From positions 128,002-192,001 of the forward strand of contig JAWKSP010000001.1 of the NCBI GenBank assembly GCA_041389025.1: 64,000 nt of DNA, written 5' to 3'. Made by a program: the position numbers and the translations under genes. Below the pieces are notes generated by a model, which saw only the letters and a program-made list of their open reading frames with translations, made no database searches and had not been told where the DNA came from. Every line of letters starts with the position of its first letter. Positions within the stretch are counted from its first letter, which is position 1. This document shows positions 45,871 through 57,200 of this stretch, piece by piece. The DNA is from Minisyncoccota bacterium. Its GTDB lineage: Bacteria > Patescibacteriota > Minisyncoccia > Phycocordibacterales > UBA918.

Positions 45871-47214
45871 CTACCGACCACCAACCGAATACCAATCCAA
45901 ATTCCTAGTGATATACATTACTATCGCCAATACTCCAAACAACAGTACCGAACCAAACAATAATGAATACTGATCCAATTGCAGAAGAATGTACAAGTAA
46001 CCATAGAGAGCGGTAAGCAAAGCTAATATAGACAACGCACGCTTCTTTAACTTAAGTACACTAAAACAGTAGCCAGTGATAAGTAACGTTGTCGCCAAAG
46101 CCGCTGTCACATAAGCCGCCACAAACCCAATAATTTCAGCAAACGAAAGCAAGAGTAGATAGAAGAGAGCGATCGCCAACCCTACCAGCAAGTACTGCAC
46201 TGGATGGATACGTAGCCCAGCCAATATCTCATACATAAAGAAAGTTAAGAACGTCAAACTGATAAAAAGAATTGAGTACTTGGTTGAACGATCAACCATA
46301 GTATAAAAATCAACTTCTTGATAAAGACCAACCCCAAATGTTTTAGACAAAAGAACATCAGGATTTATTGTTGCCGAATTACCAATCCACGATTGTGGTA
46401 AATTCTTTCCGTAAGAAGTGATTTTCCAAGTAGCTGAAAAACCATTTTCATTAATACTTCTCTCCTCCGGTAAAAATTCACCAATGAAACTAGGCGTATT
46501 CCAATCAGAATTTATGGTCACATCAGTGTTTTCTCCGAGTGGCAAAAAAGATATTTCTCTACTTCCTTTCAGCGGGAAATCAAAGGAAAAAGGATAACTA
46601 GTCTGACCTGGATCAATCTTCACCTCCGCATGCACACCACTATTATTAATAATTGAAAAGTTCGAAGCCGGTAGTAGCTGGTATTTATTTTCATTTAGGA
46701 CAAGGTCAAACATTGACGATATTCCTCTCGGATCAGAAACATTAATAGAGACAACTGCCTTATCCCAAAGTATTCTAGAATCTGCACCCACCTCTTTATT
46801 GATATTTGATAAATCAAAATTACCAGCCCCGCTAACGGTCGTGGTGTAGACCGGAGTATCATACACTCCTCTAGTTAAAAGTTTGGCGGCAACCTGACTG
46901 TCATAAGAAAGATTTTGTGGCAACAAAGTCAAAATAACTGTACTCACACCCCTTTCTCCAGTAGGTGTTATGCTCGTCTTTTCAACCGGAATAGTCAGCA
47001 CCGGACCAGCAATAGTCTGTGGCCGACTCCACTGTTCTGAGATTTGCGCCGAAACTTCCCTTTGTCTATCTTCCCTATCTTGAATCACTCCCCAGACAAA
47101 CTGAGTAGCGATCCAAGCCACCCCCATCAAAATAGCTAAGGTGAGTAATTTTTTAGTTAATCCATTATCACCCCTACGGTCATTTGTATTATTTACATTT
47201 TCGTTCATATTCAT
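45871..47214 (-). CDS. creD: CreD-family inner-membrane protein
   Basis: 447 aa; C-terminal HPVQYLLVGLAIALFYLLLLSFAE... block typical of CreD. Confidence 0.7.
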   Translation of the reverse strand: MNMNENVNNTNDRRGDNGLTKKLLTLAILMGVAWIATQFVWGVIQDREDRQREVSAQISEQWSRPQTIAGPVLTIPVEKTSITPTGERGVSTVILTLLPQNLSYDSQVAAKLLTRGVYDTPVYTTTVSGAGNFDLSNINKEVGADSRILWDKAVVSINVSDPRGISSMFDLVLNENKYQLLPASNFSIINNSGVHAEVKIDPGQTSYPFSFDFPLKGSREISFLPLGENTDVTINSDWNTPSFIGEFLPEERSINENGFSATWKITSYGKNLPQSWIGNSATINPDVLLSKTFGVGLYQEVDFYTMVDRSTKYSILFISLTFLTFFMYEILAGLRIHPVQYLLVGLAIALFYLLLLSFAEIIGFVAAYVTAALATTLLITGYCFSVLKLKKRALSILALLTALYGYLYILLQLDQYSLLFGSVLLFGVLAIVMYITRNLDWYSVGGR

Positions 47215-47289
47215 AGTCGTTCATTATTTAAGGTTTTTATACCTTTCTATTACTAAACTATACCCAAATTAGTTACTGACTAAATTTGT

Positions 47290-47625
47290 GATTATTTTTT
47301 TGATTGATTGTATCGTACTTATTATCTATCCTCGTACCACCATAAGGTTGGTAGTTTAGTAACTGATTTAAGTATCCGGTTTGATCGGTAACTTTGGTAG
47401 TAGAGTTTAAGTGATCTTGGTGGTTGTAGTATGTCTTGGGTGCTGGTGTATCTGCTTCTATGGTAGCTACTAGAGTATGGTTGGTGTAGATGTGTTTGGT
47501 AATGTTCCCATTCTTTAGTTCGTAGTTGGAGAATGGGTAGAGGGTGGTGTTGGTACCGGTGGTTTTGGAGACTCTTTGACCGGTGTGGTCGTAGGTGTAG
47601 GTGGTGGTGTTAGATACCTCGATTT
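47290..47625 (-). repeat. Truncated Rhs core-repeat remnant (no toxin tip), 4th copy of the 3' core homology
   Basis: About 95% identical to 54980-55270, 49460-49750, 51670-51950. Confidence 0.75.
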
Positions 47626-48011
47626 TGTTTTATTGGTCTATGTACATGTACACCACCTCCTACATAAGGATCATAATACTTTTCACACTCAAAGCATTTC
47701 CATCCACCTCTACTATTCCAACGTTGAAGATGTATATGTTTTTTTGAACCATCAAGACATTTTTGACAAAACGGCACATTATCTCCCTTCTTCCAATACA
47801 ACCCGTTCTTTAAGACAAAATCATGTTTAGTAGCAAGTTCCAACTTCAGAGCCTGATTTTCTTCTTTTAGAGCAATATTCTCATCTTTAATTGAAACAAT
47901 AAACTCACGCAAGCTTACTATCTTTTCTTGCAGATCAAGAGTTGCTGATTTTTTAACCAGCTCGGTGATACTTTCCAATATTGACTTTGCTTCTGAAAAA
48001 TTCAAATTCAT
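47610..48011 (-). CDS. Coiled-coil + zinc-ribbon hypothetical protein
   Basis: CQKC...CFEC pairs. Confidence 0.35.
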   Translation of the reverse strand: MNLNFSEAKSILESITELVKKSATLDLQEKIVSLREFIVSIKDENIALKEENQALKLELATKHDFVLKNGLYWKKGDNVPFCQKCLDGSKKHIHLQRWNSRGGWKCFECEKYYDPYVGGGVHVHRPIKQNRGI

Positions 48012-48055
48012 GTTTTTATATTTTACTATCTACATATATTTACCTCAACTTAACA

Positions 48056-48352
48056 CTACCACTTTAACCTTTCTTTCAACTCCAAAACCCTATCTGAAAG
48101 TAACAAAAAAATATCATTTTTAAATTCAGTATTACAACCAAAGGATTCAATAAAAATACCAGTGAGTTTTTCTGTGAAAATTACTTTTTCATTATCCTCC
48201 TTTAGCAAAGAGACTATTTTGATTACCTCATCATAATACTCATCACCCGGTGCCCCGCCTCCGATTAAGTTGACTGGATCTAATTCATTGACAATCTCGT
48301 GAATGTTTTTAAATACAATTTTATATAAATTCATACAACACAATTGAATCAA
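48056..48352 (-). CDS. Hypothetical small protein, candidate immunity protein for orphan CT at 48653..49396
   Basis: Position only. Confidence 0.35.
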   Translation of the reverse strand: MIQLCCMNLYKIVFKNIHEIVNELDPVNLIGGGAPGDEYYDEVIKIVSLLKEDNEKVIFTEKLTGIFIESFGCNTEFKNDIFLLLSDRVLELKERLKW

Positions 48353-48711
48353 TCGCTTTCAAACTTTGCAAACTCATGCATTTTAATCTTTGTTAAAAAC
48401 TCAACAAGGTTGTCGATGTCCGATTTTGAATCTTTTGAAGAGATTTCATCCTTCAATCGTTTAAGTTCTTCAACAACAAAGGTAATTTGAATTTCATTGA
48501 AATATGTATCCTGATTAGGGTCTACACATCTCAAGAGTGGATATTTTGATAAATCACGTGCATCATTCCACATTTCTTCAATCAGGAAATCATACCTATT
48601 ACCTACTTCTAATCTGTTTTGGTTTTCATCTATTTTTACTAATTTCATACGTTTATTTTTCTTTATTATTGTAACGAGGCTTGCCCGGATGCGCTGTAAC
48701 CAAATCACCAT
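48349..48711 (-). CDS. Hypothetical small protein, candidate immunity protein
   Basis: Immediately downstream of orphan CT, overlapping stop/start. Confidence 0.4.
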   Translation of the reverse strand: MVIWLQRIRASLVTIIKKNKRMKLVKIDENQNRLEVGNRYDFLIEEMWNDARDLSKYPLLRCVDPNQDTYFNEIQITFVVEELKRLKDEISSKDSKSDIDNLVEFLTKIKMHEFAKFESD

Positions 48712-49805
48712 TTTTTCTTGTAACCACTGTTACAACATTAGTGCCTTTACCAGATACCGCATCATATCCTATAGAACGATCCAACTCTACAGATCTAACT
48801 ATATTTCCATTTTTCTGTAAGACACCCTTTTGTCCATTAACGCTTTTTATTAGACTTGTAATTTCATCGGCGTTATTAAAATAACTATCTTTACCAAGAC
48901 TAAACTCACTTCCACCTATAGTATGTCTATTTAATACATGATTTTTCCTACTCTGAGAAATACTTACATTCGAAGCAGTTCTTAATGAACCAGTAGTAAC
49001 ATTCTTCACAACCTTCCCGCCACTCATCGACATACCTACCACAAAAGCTTTCTCTCCCACAGAAGCATTTGGATCTGCTAAGGTAGCTACACTGTCTCCC
49101 ACACTGCTACTTAGTAAAGCGCTATTTGTTATCGCAATACTGGCCGCTATTATTTCAGGTGCATAAATAACCAATGGTGCGGCAGCAAACCAAAAGAACT
49201 CCCCACCCTCATCAACATACTTAATCGGATTATTCGCCGTATAACTATAAGTGTTTTGTGACTGTGGACTCTTTAGATAATAACCTAATTTATTGTTGGT
49301 TTTATCTTGGACTGTTTTCCAATCTCCTAGAGCTAACGACACCGGATCCTGAGAAGTGAAGCGACCAGTATCCCCTGACTGGTAGCGTGCACCCATATAG
49401 GAAAGACTAGTCTCCTCATCATAATCATGCCCTGTATACCTCTTAGTTTGATTGATTGTATCGTACTTATTATCTATCCTCGTACCACCATAAGGTTGGT
49501 AGTTTAGTAACTGATTTAAGTATCCGGTTTGATCGGTAACTTTGGTAGTAGAGTTTAAGTGATCTTGGTGGTTGTAGTATGTCTTGGGGGCTGGTGTATC
49601 TGCTTCTATGGTAGCGACTAGAGTATGGTTGGTGTAGATGTGTTTGGTAATGTTTCCATTCTTTAGTTCGTAGTTGGAGAATGGGTAGAGGGTGGTGTTG
49701 GTACCGGTGGTTTTGGAGACTCTTTGACCGGTGTGGTCGTAGGTGTATGAAGTGGTTATTCCTGCTTTTGTGGACTCAGTTAGTTCGTTGCGGTGGTTCC
49801 AGGTG
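48653..49805 (-). pseudogene. Orphan Rhs C-terminal cassette: ~480-bp core-repeat fragment (49325-49805) + distinct toxin tip ORF 48653..49396 (begins MGARYQSGDTGRFTSQDPVSLALG)
   Basis: Core fragment nearly identical to 54855-55325 of the main rhs gene; tip contains ...NHVLNRHTIGG... putative nuclease-like motif. Confidence 0.7.
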
Positions 49806-49809
49806 TTCC

Positions 49810-50433
49810 TTATTTTTTATCTAACACGCTCTCACATTCACCACCAACACCTATATAATTTAACTCATTATTATTTTCATTGTCAGAAATAAACCAATAT
49901 CTTATAAAACCAACAAAAAAACTTACAGACAATAACAAAATACTAACTATTAGATGAGGAATTCCAATAAAAATAATAAAATAATAATTAGTAATAAATG
50001 TTATAAAGAAAATAACGATCAAAATATCAGTTATTTTGTGAAAAAATACTGATTTATAATAATTTTCTTTGAGTATTCTATTTACTTCCATTTTATCTAA
50101 CGAAATAGTTGTATTTTTTGAAATAAAATTTATACGCTTTGTGGACAAAGTATAAGTAACTATCGCACCAAGCAAAAAAGGAAACACCCAAATCAAAAAA
50201 TATTTTACAGCTTCATCTTTAACAATAGGCATCAGAGTAAATAGTCCTGCAATAGTAATTAACACACCTTGTCTAAGAGTAAAATCAGATAGATATCTTT
50301 CAATACGAATATTTTCCTCAGCATAAGATACAGAGTCATTATCATCAATCAATTCACCTAATGCGTTTAAACTTAATACACCAACTTCATGTTGAAGCTT
50401 ATTTATCTTAATCATTAATTCTTCCTTGTTCAT
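49810..50433 (-). CDS. Hypothetical multi-TM protein (candidate immunity for CT at 50888..51427)
   Basis: 207 aa, 4 TM. Confidence 0.35.
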   Translation of the reverse strand: MNKEELMIKINKLQHEVGVLSLNALGELIDDNDSVSYAEENIRIERYLSDFTLRQGVLITIAGLFTLMPIVKDEAVKYFLIWVFPFLLGAIVTYTLSTKRINFISKNTTISLDKMEVNRILKENYYKSVFFHKITDILIVIFFITFITNYYFIIFIGIPHLIVSILLLSVSFFVGFIRYWFISDNENNNELNYIGVGGECESVLDKK

Positions 50434-50483
50434 ACACCCAGGTTATACGTTTACATTATAATCTACAAAAATTATAGTTTATA

Positions 50484-50882
50484 TTATTTACCATAAACTA
50501 AAGTGTTGAATTTAGACCAAACACTATCTTGAGAACCATTTTCTATATGCTTCTGACACCATACGTAAGGGAATATCGTCTTTCCATTAGTCAATGTTAC
50601 AGGAAAAGTATCTTTGCCAAATTCTTGATGATCTCTAGACATGTCTATAAAAAAACCTTTTTTTTCAATAACTCTTGAGATATACATAGCCATTTCGAGA
50701 GCAATACCATTTAACCCTTCATTGTTGCCAGTTTGCATAAAATCATCATGGACAAGAGATAATATTTCATCAACATGTTTTATAGACTCTACTGAATAAT
50801 CAAGCTTATAGTCAAAATCTTTACCAATTTCAACAGCTAATTCCACTAACTTCTCTCTCATTTTTTGTAATTCTTTTTCCAT
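50484..50882 (-). CDS. Hypothetical protein (candidate immunity)
   Basis: 132 aa directly downstream of orphan CT. Confidence 0.4.
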   Translation of the reverse strand: MEKELQKMREKLVELAVEIGKDFDYKLDYSVESIKHVDEILSLVHDDFMQTGNNEGLNGIALEMAMYISRVIEKKGFFIDMSRDHQEFGKDTFPVTLTNGKTIFPYVWCQKHIENGSQDSVWSKFNTLVYGK

Positions 50883-50887
50883 AATTA

Positions 50888-51955
50888 TTACTGGTTTAAT
50901 TCCTTTCTTGTTACTTTTGCACCTGTGTTATCTAGAGATTGTTGTAGTGGCTTTGATAATTTTGTAGTAGGTCTGGTAATTAATTCCATTGTGTAGCCGT
51001 TTTGTTTTGAGTATTCAGTAAAAGCACGTAGCTGAGCTGTATTTGATTGATACTTTACATTTTTTACTTCTTGCAACGTTTTTGTTTGATGATTCAAACC
51101 ATCAGGTATTCGTTGCTTACCATTTCCTTTAATCAAATCTGGTATCTTCTCTGTATTTTTTTGTATACCAGACACAACTTCACCTATAGACCCTTTTCTC
51201 CTTACGTCAGCCAACTTATCGGCAACATTTCCAACAACCTTCCCTCCCGCCTTCACTTCTCCCGCAGGACTAGCAAACAAAGCAACAGCGATAGCTTTGT
51301 CTCCCAAAGAAGCATTCGGGTCAGAAACAGTTTGTCCGGTAGTATATGCATCATAAGCTGTTAACCCAGCCATCACTGCAGCTATAGCTAACGGGATAAT
51401 GTTTCCGTTAGGATCTGAAATAATCATTGGATTATTTCTAGCGTAACTATAAGTATTAAACTGCTGAGGATCTCTAAGGAATACATCTAACGGTCGACTG
51501 TATGTATCTTCCCAACTTTGTGCACCTAGGTCAAGGTTAGCTTGGTCTTGACTGGTAAATCTGGCAGTCTGTCCATTTTCATAACGACTACCTAGATAGT
51601 TTAATCCAGTCTCTTCATCTTTGGTTTCACCTAGATACTGACGGTGTTGGTTTATGCTTCCATACTGTTCATCAATTCTAGTGTCTCCAAACGGTTGATA
51701 GCTTAGTAACTGATTAAGGTAACCATCTTTGTCGGTGACAGCATTGGTAGAGTTTAAGTGATCTTGGTGGTTGTAGTATGTCTTGGGGGCTGGTGTATCT
51801 GCTTCTATGGTAGCGACTAGAGTATGGTTGGTGTAGATGTGTTTGGTAATGTTTCCATTCTTTAGTTCATAGTTGGAGAATGGGTAGAGGGTGGTGTTGG
51901 TACCGGTGGTTTTGGAGACTCTTTGACCGGTGTGGTCATAGGTGTATTTTACTTA
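50888..51955 (-). pseudogene. Orphan Rhs C-terminal cassette: core fragment (51660-51955) + distinct toxin tip ORF 50888..51427
   Basis: Core homology to main rhs; tip unrelated to the other two tips. Confidence 0.65.
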
Positions 51956-51957
51956 TA

Positions 51958-52398
51958 TTACTTAATATCGGTAACTGGCTTCACTTCAACATTTTTACCA
52001 GTAAACTCAGTGTTTACACGACGAGTAAGACGACTATCGTCAGTGAACACAACAATTTGCTCTGTCGGATCAAACAGTCTCTCAATCTTTTGGATAGTAA
52101 ACATATCCAATACAGTATGAATAGTGGCAAGAATAGAAATATCACCAAAGCCAGTCATGTTAAAAAATGATCTACCTCCATGGATATTAAGCATACGTTT
52201 ATAGTGATTTAAGTATAACACTTCGTCAAATTCATCAATAACAACAATCTCTGATATTCCTACCGGAATACTTTGACTATGAACAAGCTGTGCCAACTCA
52301 ACCTCTTCGATTACATCAGGCACTAAATAATAATCCTCAGTCAGAGAGATTTGTCTATCAAAAATATAAGAAACGCCATTTGTGTCAATTAAATTCAT
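51958..52398 (-). CDS. PIN-domain protein (VapC-like nuclease)
   Basis: MNLIDTNGVSYIF (Asp5), ...IVVFTDDSRL (Asp cluster); 4-nt ATGA overlap with upstream gene. Confidence 0.6.
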   Translation of the reverse strand: MNLIDTNGVSYIFDRQISLTEDYYLVPDVIEEVELAQLVHSQSIPVGISEIVVIDEFDEVLYLNHYKRMLNIHGGRSFFNMTGFGDISILATIHTVLDMFTIQKIERLFDPTEQIVVFTDDSRLTRRVNTEFTGKNVEVKPVTDIK

Positions 52399-53592
52399 AT
52401 ACCAAGTTCTTTTCGATACTTACGAAACCCTTTCTTATTTACAGCACCGAAAATCAAGTACTGTGCTTGTGTACTTGATAGAGTCTTTGAACGGATACCA
52501 GTATTTATTGTCTTAAATGATTTACTACCACAAAACTTTCTCACTGACGTAGAAATATTTGGTGACCTAGCATGATTTTTTGTCTTCTTAGATATAAATG
52601 GAGGAGGTTTTAAAGTTTCAAATTCTTTCTTAGTCAGAATTCCTCTCATACGAAGCGTAATAATGAGTGCCAATGGAGATACTTTAAACTTCAAAGCAAG
52701 TTGGTCTCTCTTTGTAGTAGTAACTTCTCGTCCACGTAGTTTTTCAGTCTCATTCACAGGCATAAGTAGTTCAGCTGTAATGGCGTGGATTCGTGCTGAC
52801 ATTTTTTGTGATTTCATAAGCTTTGCTTTGAAATTTTTCTCAAGTACATAGTCGTATTGATCAAGCCCAATTACCACCAAAAGATAAACAAGTGTGTAAA
52901 TCTGACGACTCTCAACTTCGTCAGGATTAACTTCACTCGGAAGAAAAACAAACGGAATTTTGTCATCTTTGATAGCAAAACCGCTAGTGTTTTTATACAC
53001 ATCATTACCAACCACTTGGTGATTAGGTAGAATCTTGTTTGTCAGTACACCACGAGAGACATTGACTGATTTTTTGATTAACTTTTTCAATCAGATATTC
53101 GAGAGCCGTTCCCTTTCCTGTATAATTCCAGAATTTATCTCGGTCTATTTCAAAGTGTGTCAGGATTTTATTGACTGCATTTTGCAGTCTTAGTCCCTTA
53201 AGTGAACCACAAAAAGGATTTAGTGGTAACGTACTAACTGAAGTGATGTAGTTCTGCTGACGAATAAGTCGATCAATGATGCGTTTAGAAGTAACATCGC
53301 CAGCACCTTTACGCTTCGCAACAAGCTTTCTTGACACCTTATGCTGACGCTGTGCCTCAATATGATTAATGGTGGTATTAAGATTAGCTGGTGTCAGGAG
53401 AAACATCTGCCACGGAATAAGAATTTTCTCGCTTTCCTCCCTAAGTTCGTACAGTTCTATGCTGCCAGTAGCGAACGCCTTTTGAAATACTGGTCTACTT
53501 ACTAGCTCCTCTTCTGGATACAGCTTAAGAACACGTTCGACAACGCCATCATAAATCTCTGTTGAACTTGTTCCATTAATAACAACCCACAT
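52395..53592 (-). CDS. Hypothetical ~410-aa protein apparently split by a frameshift at an A6 run (ORFs 53023..53592 and 52395..53090)
   Basis: The two ORFs overlap by 68 nt in different frames across CAAAAAATCAG; C-terminal part has a weak ImmA/IrrE-like helix (SPLALIITLRMRGIL). Confidence 0.4.
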
Positions 53593-53751
53593 ATGAGGTC
53601 TTCGTTTGATTTAAGTACTTGGCGTTTATTCGTCATAGCACACAATAAAACTAGCATAAGTAAACAAATTTTTACAGCCTGACTCAGACAATCACGGGGT
53701 TAGATCAAGAATTGTCTATTATCAGACCATAGAAAAGGAATTAATTGAAAG

Positions 53752-54219
53752 TTATCTGGTAGAATTCACTAACTTTGTAATTTTTAATTCAACTGAACCT
53801 GCCCCCATCATATTATCTTGAGGATACATCTTTAACTCAGAATTTTCATTTAAGTCATACTTAACTTCCTTAACAAACTTCATTGTTACGTCATCATAGT
53901 AAGATAAAAAAATCAAACCAGCCTCATCGTCTATTCTCATCAATGGCGGCATAGTCCATTTTTCTCTATCCCAGTTTTCAATCTTTTTAACCACTGACCA
54001 AGAATTCTCAATTAAACCTAAATCACCAAATTTTCCAACTAGAATTGCTTTTTCTGGTTCTAATTTACTTAAATCAGCGTCTGGTTGAAAAAAGTAACCA
54101 AAGATTTTACCTTTTCTATCCATTCTAGCTATAACCCCATATCCATTTCTTCCTGAATCATCACGAAGTGGAACACTAACTATGTCTCCTTCCGAATAAT
54201 TAATTTTTGCATCTTTCAT
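53752..54219 (-). CDS. Hypothetical protein, candidate cognate immunity protein for the Rhs C-terminal toxin
   Basis: 155 aa, starts 19 nt after rhs stop. Confidence 0.45.
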   Translation of the reverse strand: MKDAKINYSEGDIVSVPLRDDSGRNGYGVIARMDRKGKIFGYFFQPDADLSKLEPEKAILVGKFGDLGLIENSWSVVKKIENWDREKWTMPPLMRIDDEAGLIFLSYYDDVTMKFVKEVKYDLNENSELKMYPQDNMMGAGSVELKITKLVNSTR

Positions 54220-54237
54220 ATAGCTAATATATCAGAT

Positions 54238-57200
54238 TTAATTAGCCGCGTCTTCGTATTCTTTCTTACGAGGATTCTGGTTACTAATCGGTTGCTGCTT
54301 GTTCAAGCCTCCATTTTCATATTTAGCCTCTGGATGTTGATCATAGATCTTTTGTTCTTGACCTCGTTGCGTTGCGTAATCATCTGTTCTTCTGTTAACC
54401 TCAAAATCATAATCTCTTGTTTCAGGATTTCGCGCATGTTCGTATTCACGTCTCTCAAGATTATTGGTTCTACCAGTTCTTACAACCTTTCCTGTTTCAC
54501 TGTCGATGAGTTTATATGTTCCACCCACAGCTTCAACAGCCTCATCACTATACTGAGCAACCCTCCTTAATGATCCAACTCCTACAACTCCAGGCACAAG
54601 TGCTCCACCAGCATCAAGAGCCAGGTTAGTTGCTTCACCCCTTACATCACCACCAGTCAGAATTGCTTCACCTAGTTTATAAGCACTGTAAGCCGTGAAT
54701 CCAACATCAACAACGATATCTAACCATTCTCCATTTTTATCTTGATATTTGAGTGGGTTGTTAGCTGTGTAACTATAAGTATTTTGGGCTTGTGGGTTTT
54801 TTAGATAGATATCTACTGTTGAATCCATTTTATCTCTCATCAGCCCAGGACTACCCAAAGCTAACGACACCGGATCCTGAGAAGTGAAGCGACCAGTATC
54901 CCCTGACTGGTAGCGTGCACCCATATAGGAAAGACTAGTCTCCTCATCATAATCATGCCCTGTATACCTCTTAGTTTGATTGATTGTATCGTACTTATTA
55001 TCTATCCTCGTACCACCATAAGGTTGGTAGTTTAGTAACTGATTTAAGTATCCGGTTTGATCGGTAACTTTGGTAGTAGAGTTTAAGTGATCTTGGTGGT
55101 TGTAGTATGTCTTGGGGGCTGGTGTATCTGCTTCTATGGTAGCGACTAGAGTATGGTTGGTGTAGATGTGTTTGGTAATGTTTCCATTCTTTAGTTCATA
55201 GTTGGAGAATGGGTAGAGGGTGGTGTTGGTACCGGTGGTTTTGGAGACTCTTTGACCGGTGTGGTCATAGGTGTATGAAGTGGTTATTCCTGCTTTTGTG
55301 GACTCAGTTAGTTCGTTGCGGTAGTTCCAGGTATTAGTAGTACTACCGTCTGTTAGGAGGTTACCGTTTTGGTCATAGGTGTGGGTGGTACCTCCGATGG
55401 CGGTGGCAGCGTGTGGGTTGGCGTAGTTGGTACCAGTGTCTCCTTGGTAGGAGTATGTTCCTTGATCTGATTTAGTAAGGATGTTTCCTATACTGTTGTA
55501 TGAGTAGGTTTCACTGTATGGGGTGGTGCTGGCGCCCGTGGTTGAGGCGGAAGTCAGGCGATATAGATCATCGTAGGTGTAGGTAATAGTACCAGCAGAG
55601 TCTGTCTCACTATTGTCTATTATTTGAGTAATGTTACCGACAGTGTCGTAGGTGTAGGTGAGATTTTGGACATTCTCAACAAAGATTGGAAGAGTTGGAG
55701 TGGTGGTACTGGTGGTAGTACCGGCCGCTAATGAGAAAGTAGCCGTCTCAGTACTCCACTCTCCTTCTGTGTCACTGTCATCCCAGAATTTTATACGCCA
55801 GTGGTAGGTGGTGCTGGAAGCTAGTGGTAAACCACCATATGTGATGTCGGCAGTTCTGTTTCCTGCTGTTACTTGACTGACTAGCGCAGTCTTTGTACTA
55901 TCCCAAATATTGTTGGTGAAAGCAGTTGAAGTTGATACTTGGAGTTGGTAATGAGTTGCCGTATCTCCTGTATCTGGGTCATTGTATATAGCTGTGAATT
56001 CTGGTGTGTTGTCGGTGATATCTGTCGGATTGGTTTGTCCTTCTGTTTCAAGAAGTGTTGGTGCAGTTGGGGTGGCGTTGGTTGGTGGTGGAGGTATATT
56101 TCCTGTTTCATAAGTTGCATATATTGAATGTAAGGCGTGACCAGCATCAGTACACGATGGACTGTTTGGTGCTAAAAAACTATTAGTATGGTCAAATATT
56201 TCATGTACACCATAAGCAAAATCTAGCTTAATATCAGGATAACCCTTAGACACTATGGTAAGAGCATAGTTTGTATTTGGATTAATTGACACAGGTATTT
56301 CAAAAACACTTTCCGTCCAAGCAAAATTTGTTGGAATATTTGCAGACACACCAACTCCATCAGACACAATTCCACAGGTATTTGTATCTATTACAACTCC
56401 TTTGAATTTATCATTGCTGTAATACTTTCTTGTAAAAAAATTTATACCAGTGACAGTAGTAGCGTCTGACGGACTAGTGTATACATTGCCAATCATCCAA
56501 TTATGTCCAACATAATCCGTATAGGCACCAACAGAAGTATTGCCAAAAGTCGGATCCACAACCACTGGATAAGTTGCTGTTTCTAAGAAGTTTTGTGGGA
56601 CAGTAACAGAGAGCATTCCCTCTTTATAATCTAATTCTCCCCATACCTCTTCACCATTGGCGTCTTTAATTTTTGGTCTATATATATGATAGACTTTTCC
56701 GGTAGCATAATTTATCTCTCCTTTTACATGATTCTTCTTAGTCTTGTGGTATACCGCATAACTACCAACTATATTTTCTGCTCGCTCCAGGGTTACTCTA
56801 CCACCCTCATCAATACACTTCGTTTCCGTACAAATCTCTCCTTCTCCAAACAACCCTTCAAGTGAAACTGGTTGATAAAAGAAATCAAGATCCTCATATC
56901 CATCAATTTCAAACTCAAATACATTGGTGTCCGGTTTTTCGTCCAAAATCACTTCGATTTCAAACCCTCCATCTTCCATTTGCTCAGTGGCAGGCAACGG
57001 ATAAGCATGTATTCTTTCTTTCTTGTCTTTGTCTTTCCATTCAACTACATCAGTTCCTAAAATATTTTCCCCTTGCCCTTTTACTTTGTTGTATCTAACA
57101 CCAAGATCAATTTCTCCTTTCCATTTGTGAAGACGTACCTCGGGATGGGTTTTCTTTAGAATAACTTTATCTTTGTTCTTATTATTTTGTATTAAAAATA

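Noticed and set aside
47290-55325. Possible CRISPR array suggested by four near-identical ~300-bp repeats
   Set aside because: The repeats are 300-480 bp and coding (Rhs core), with irregular multi-kb spacing and no cas genes. This is an Rhs cassette array, not CRISPR.
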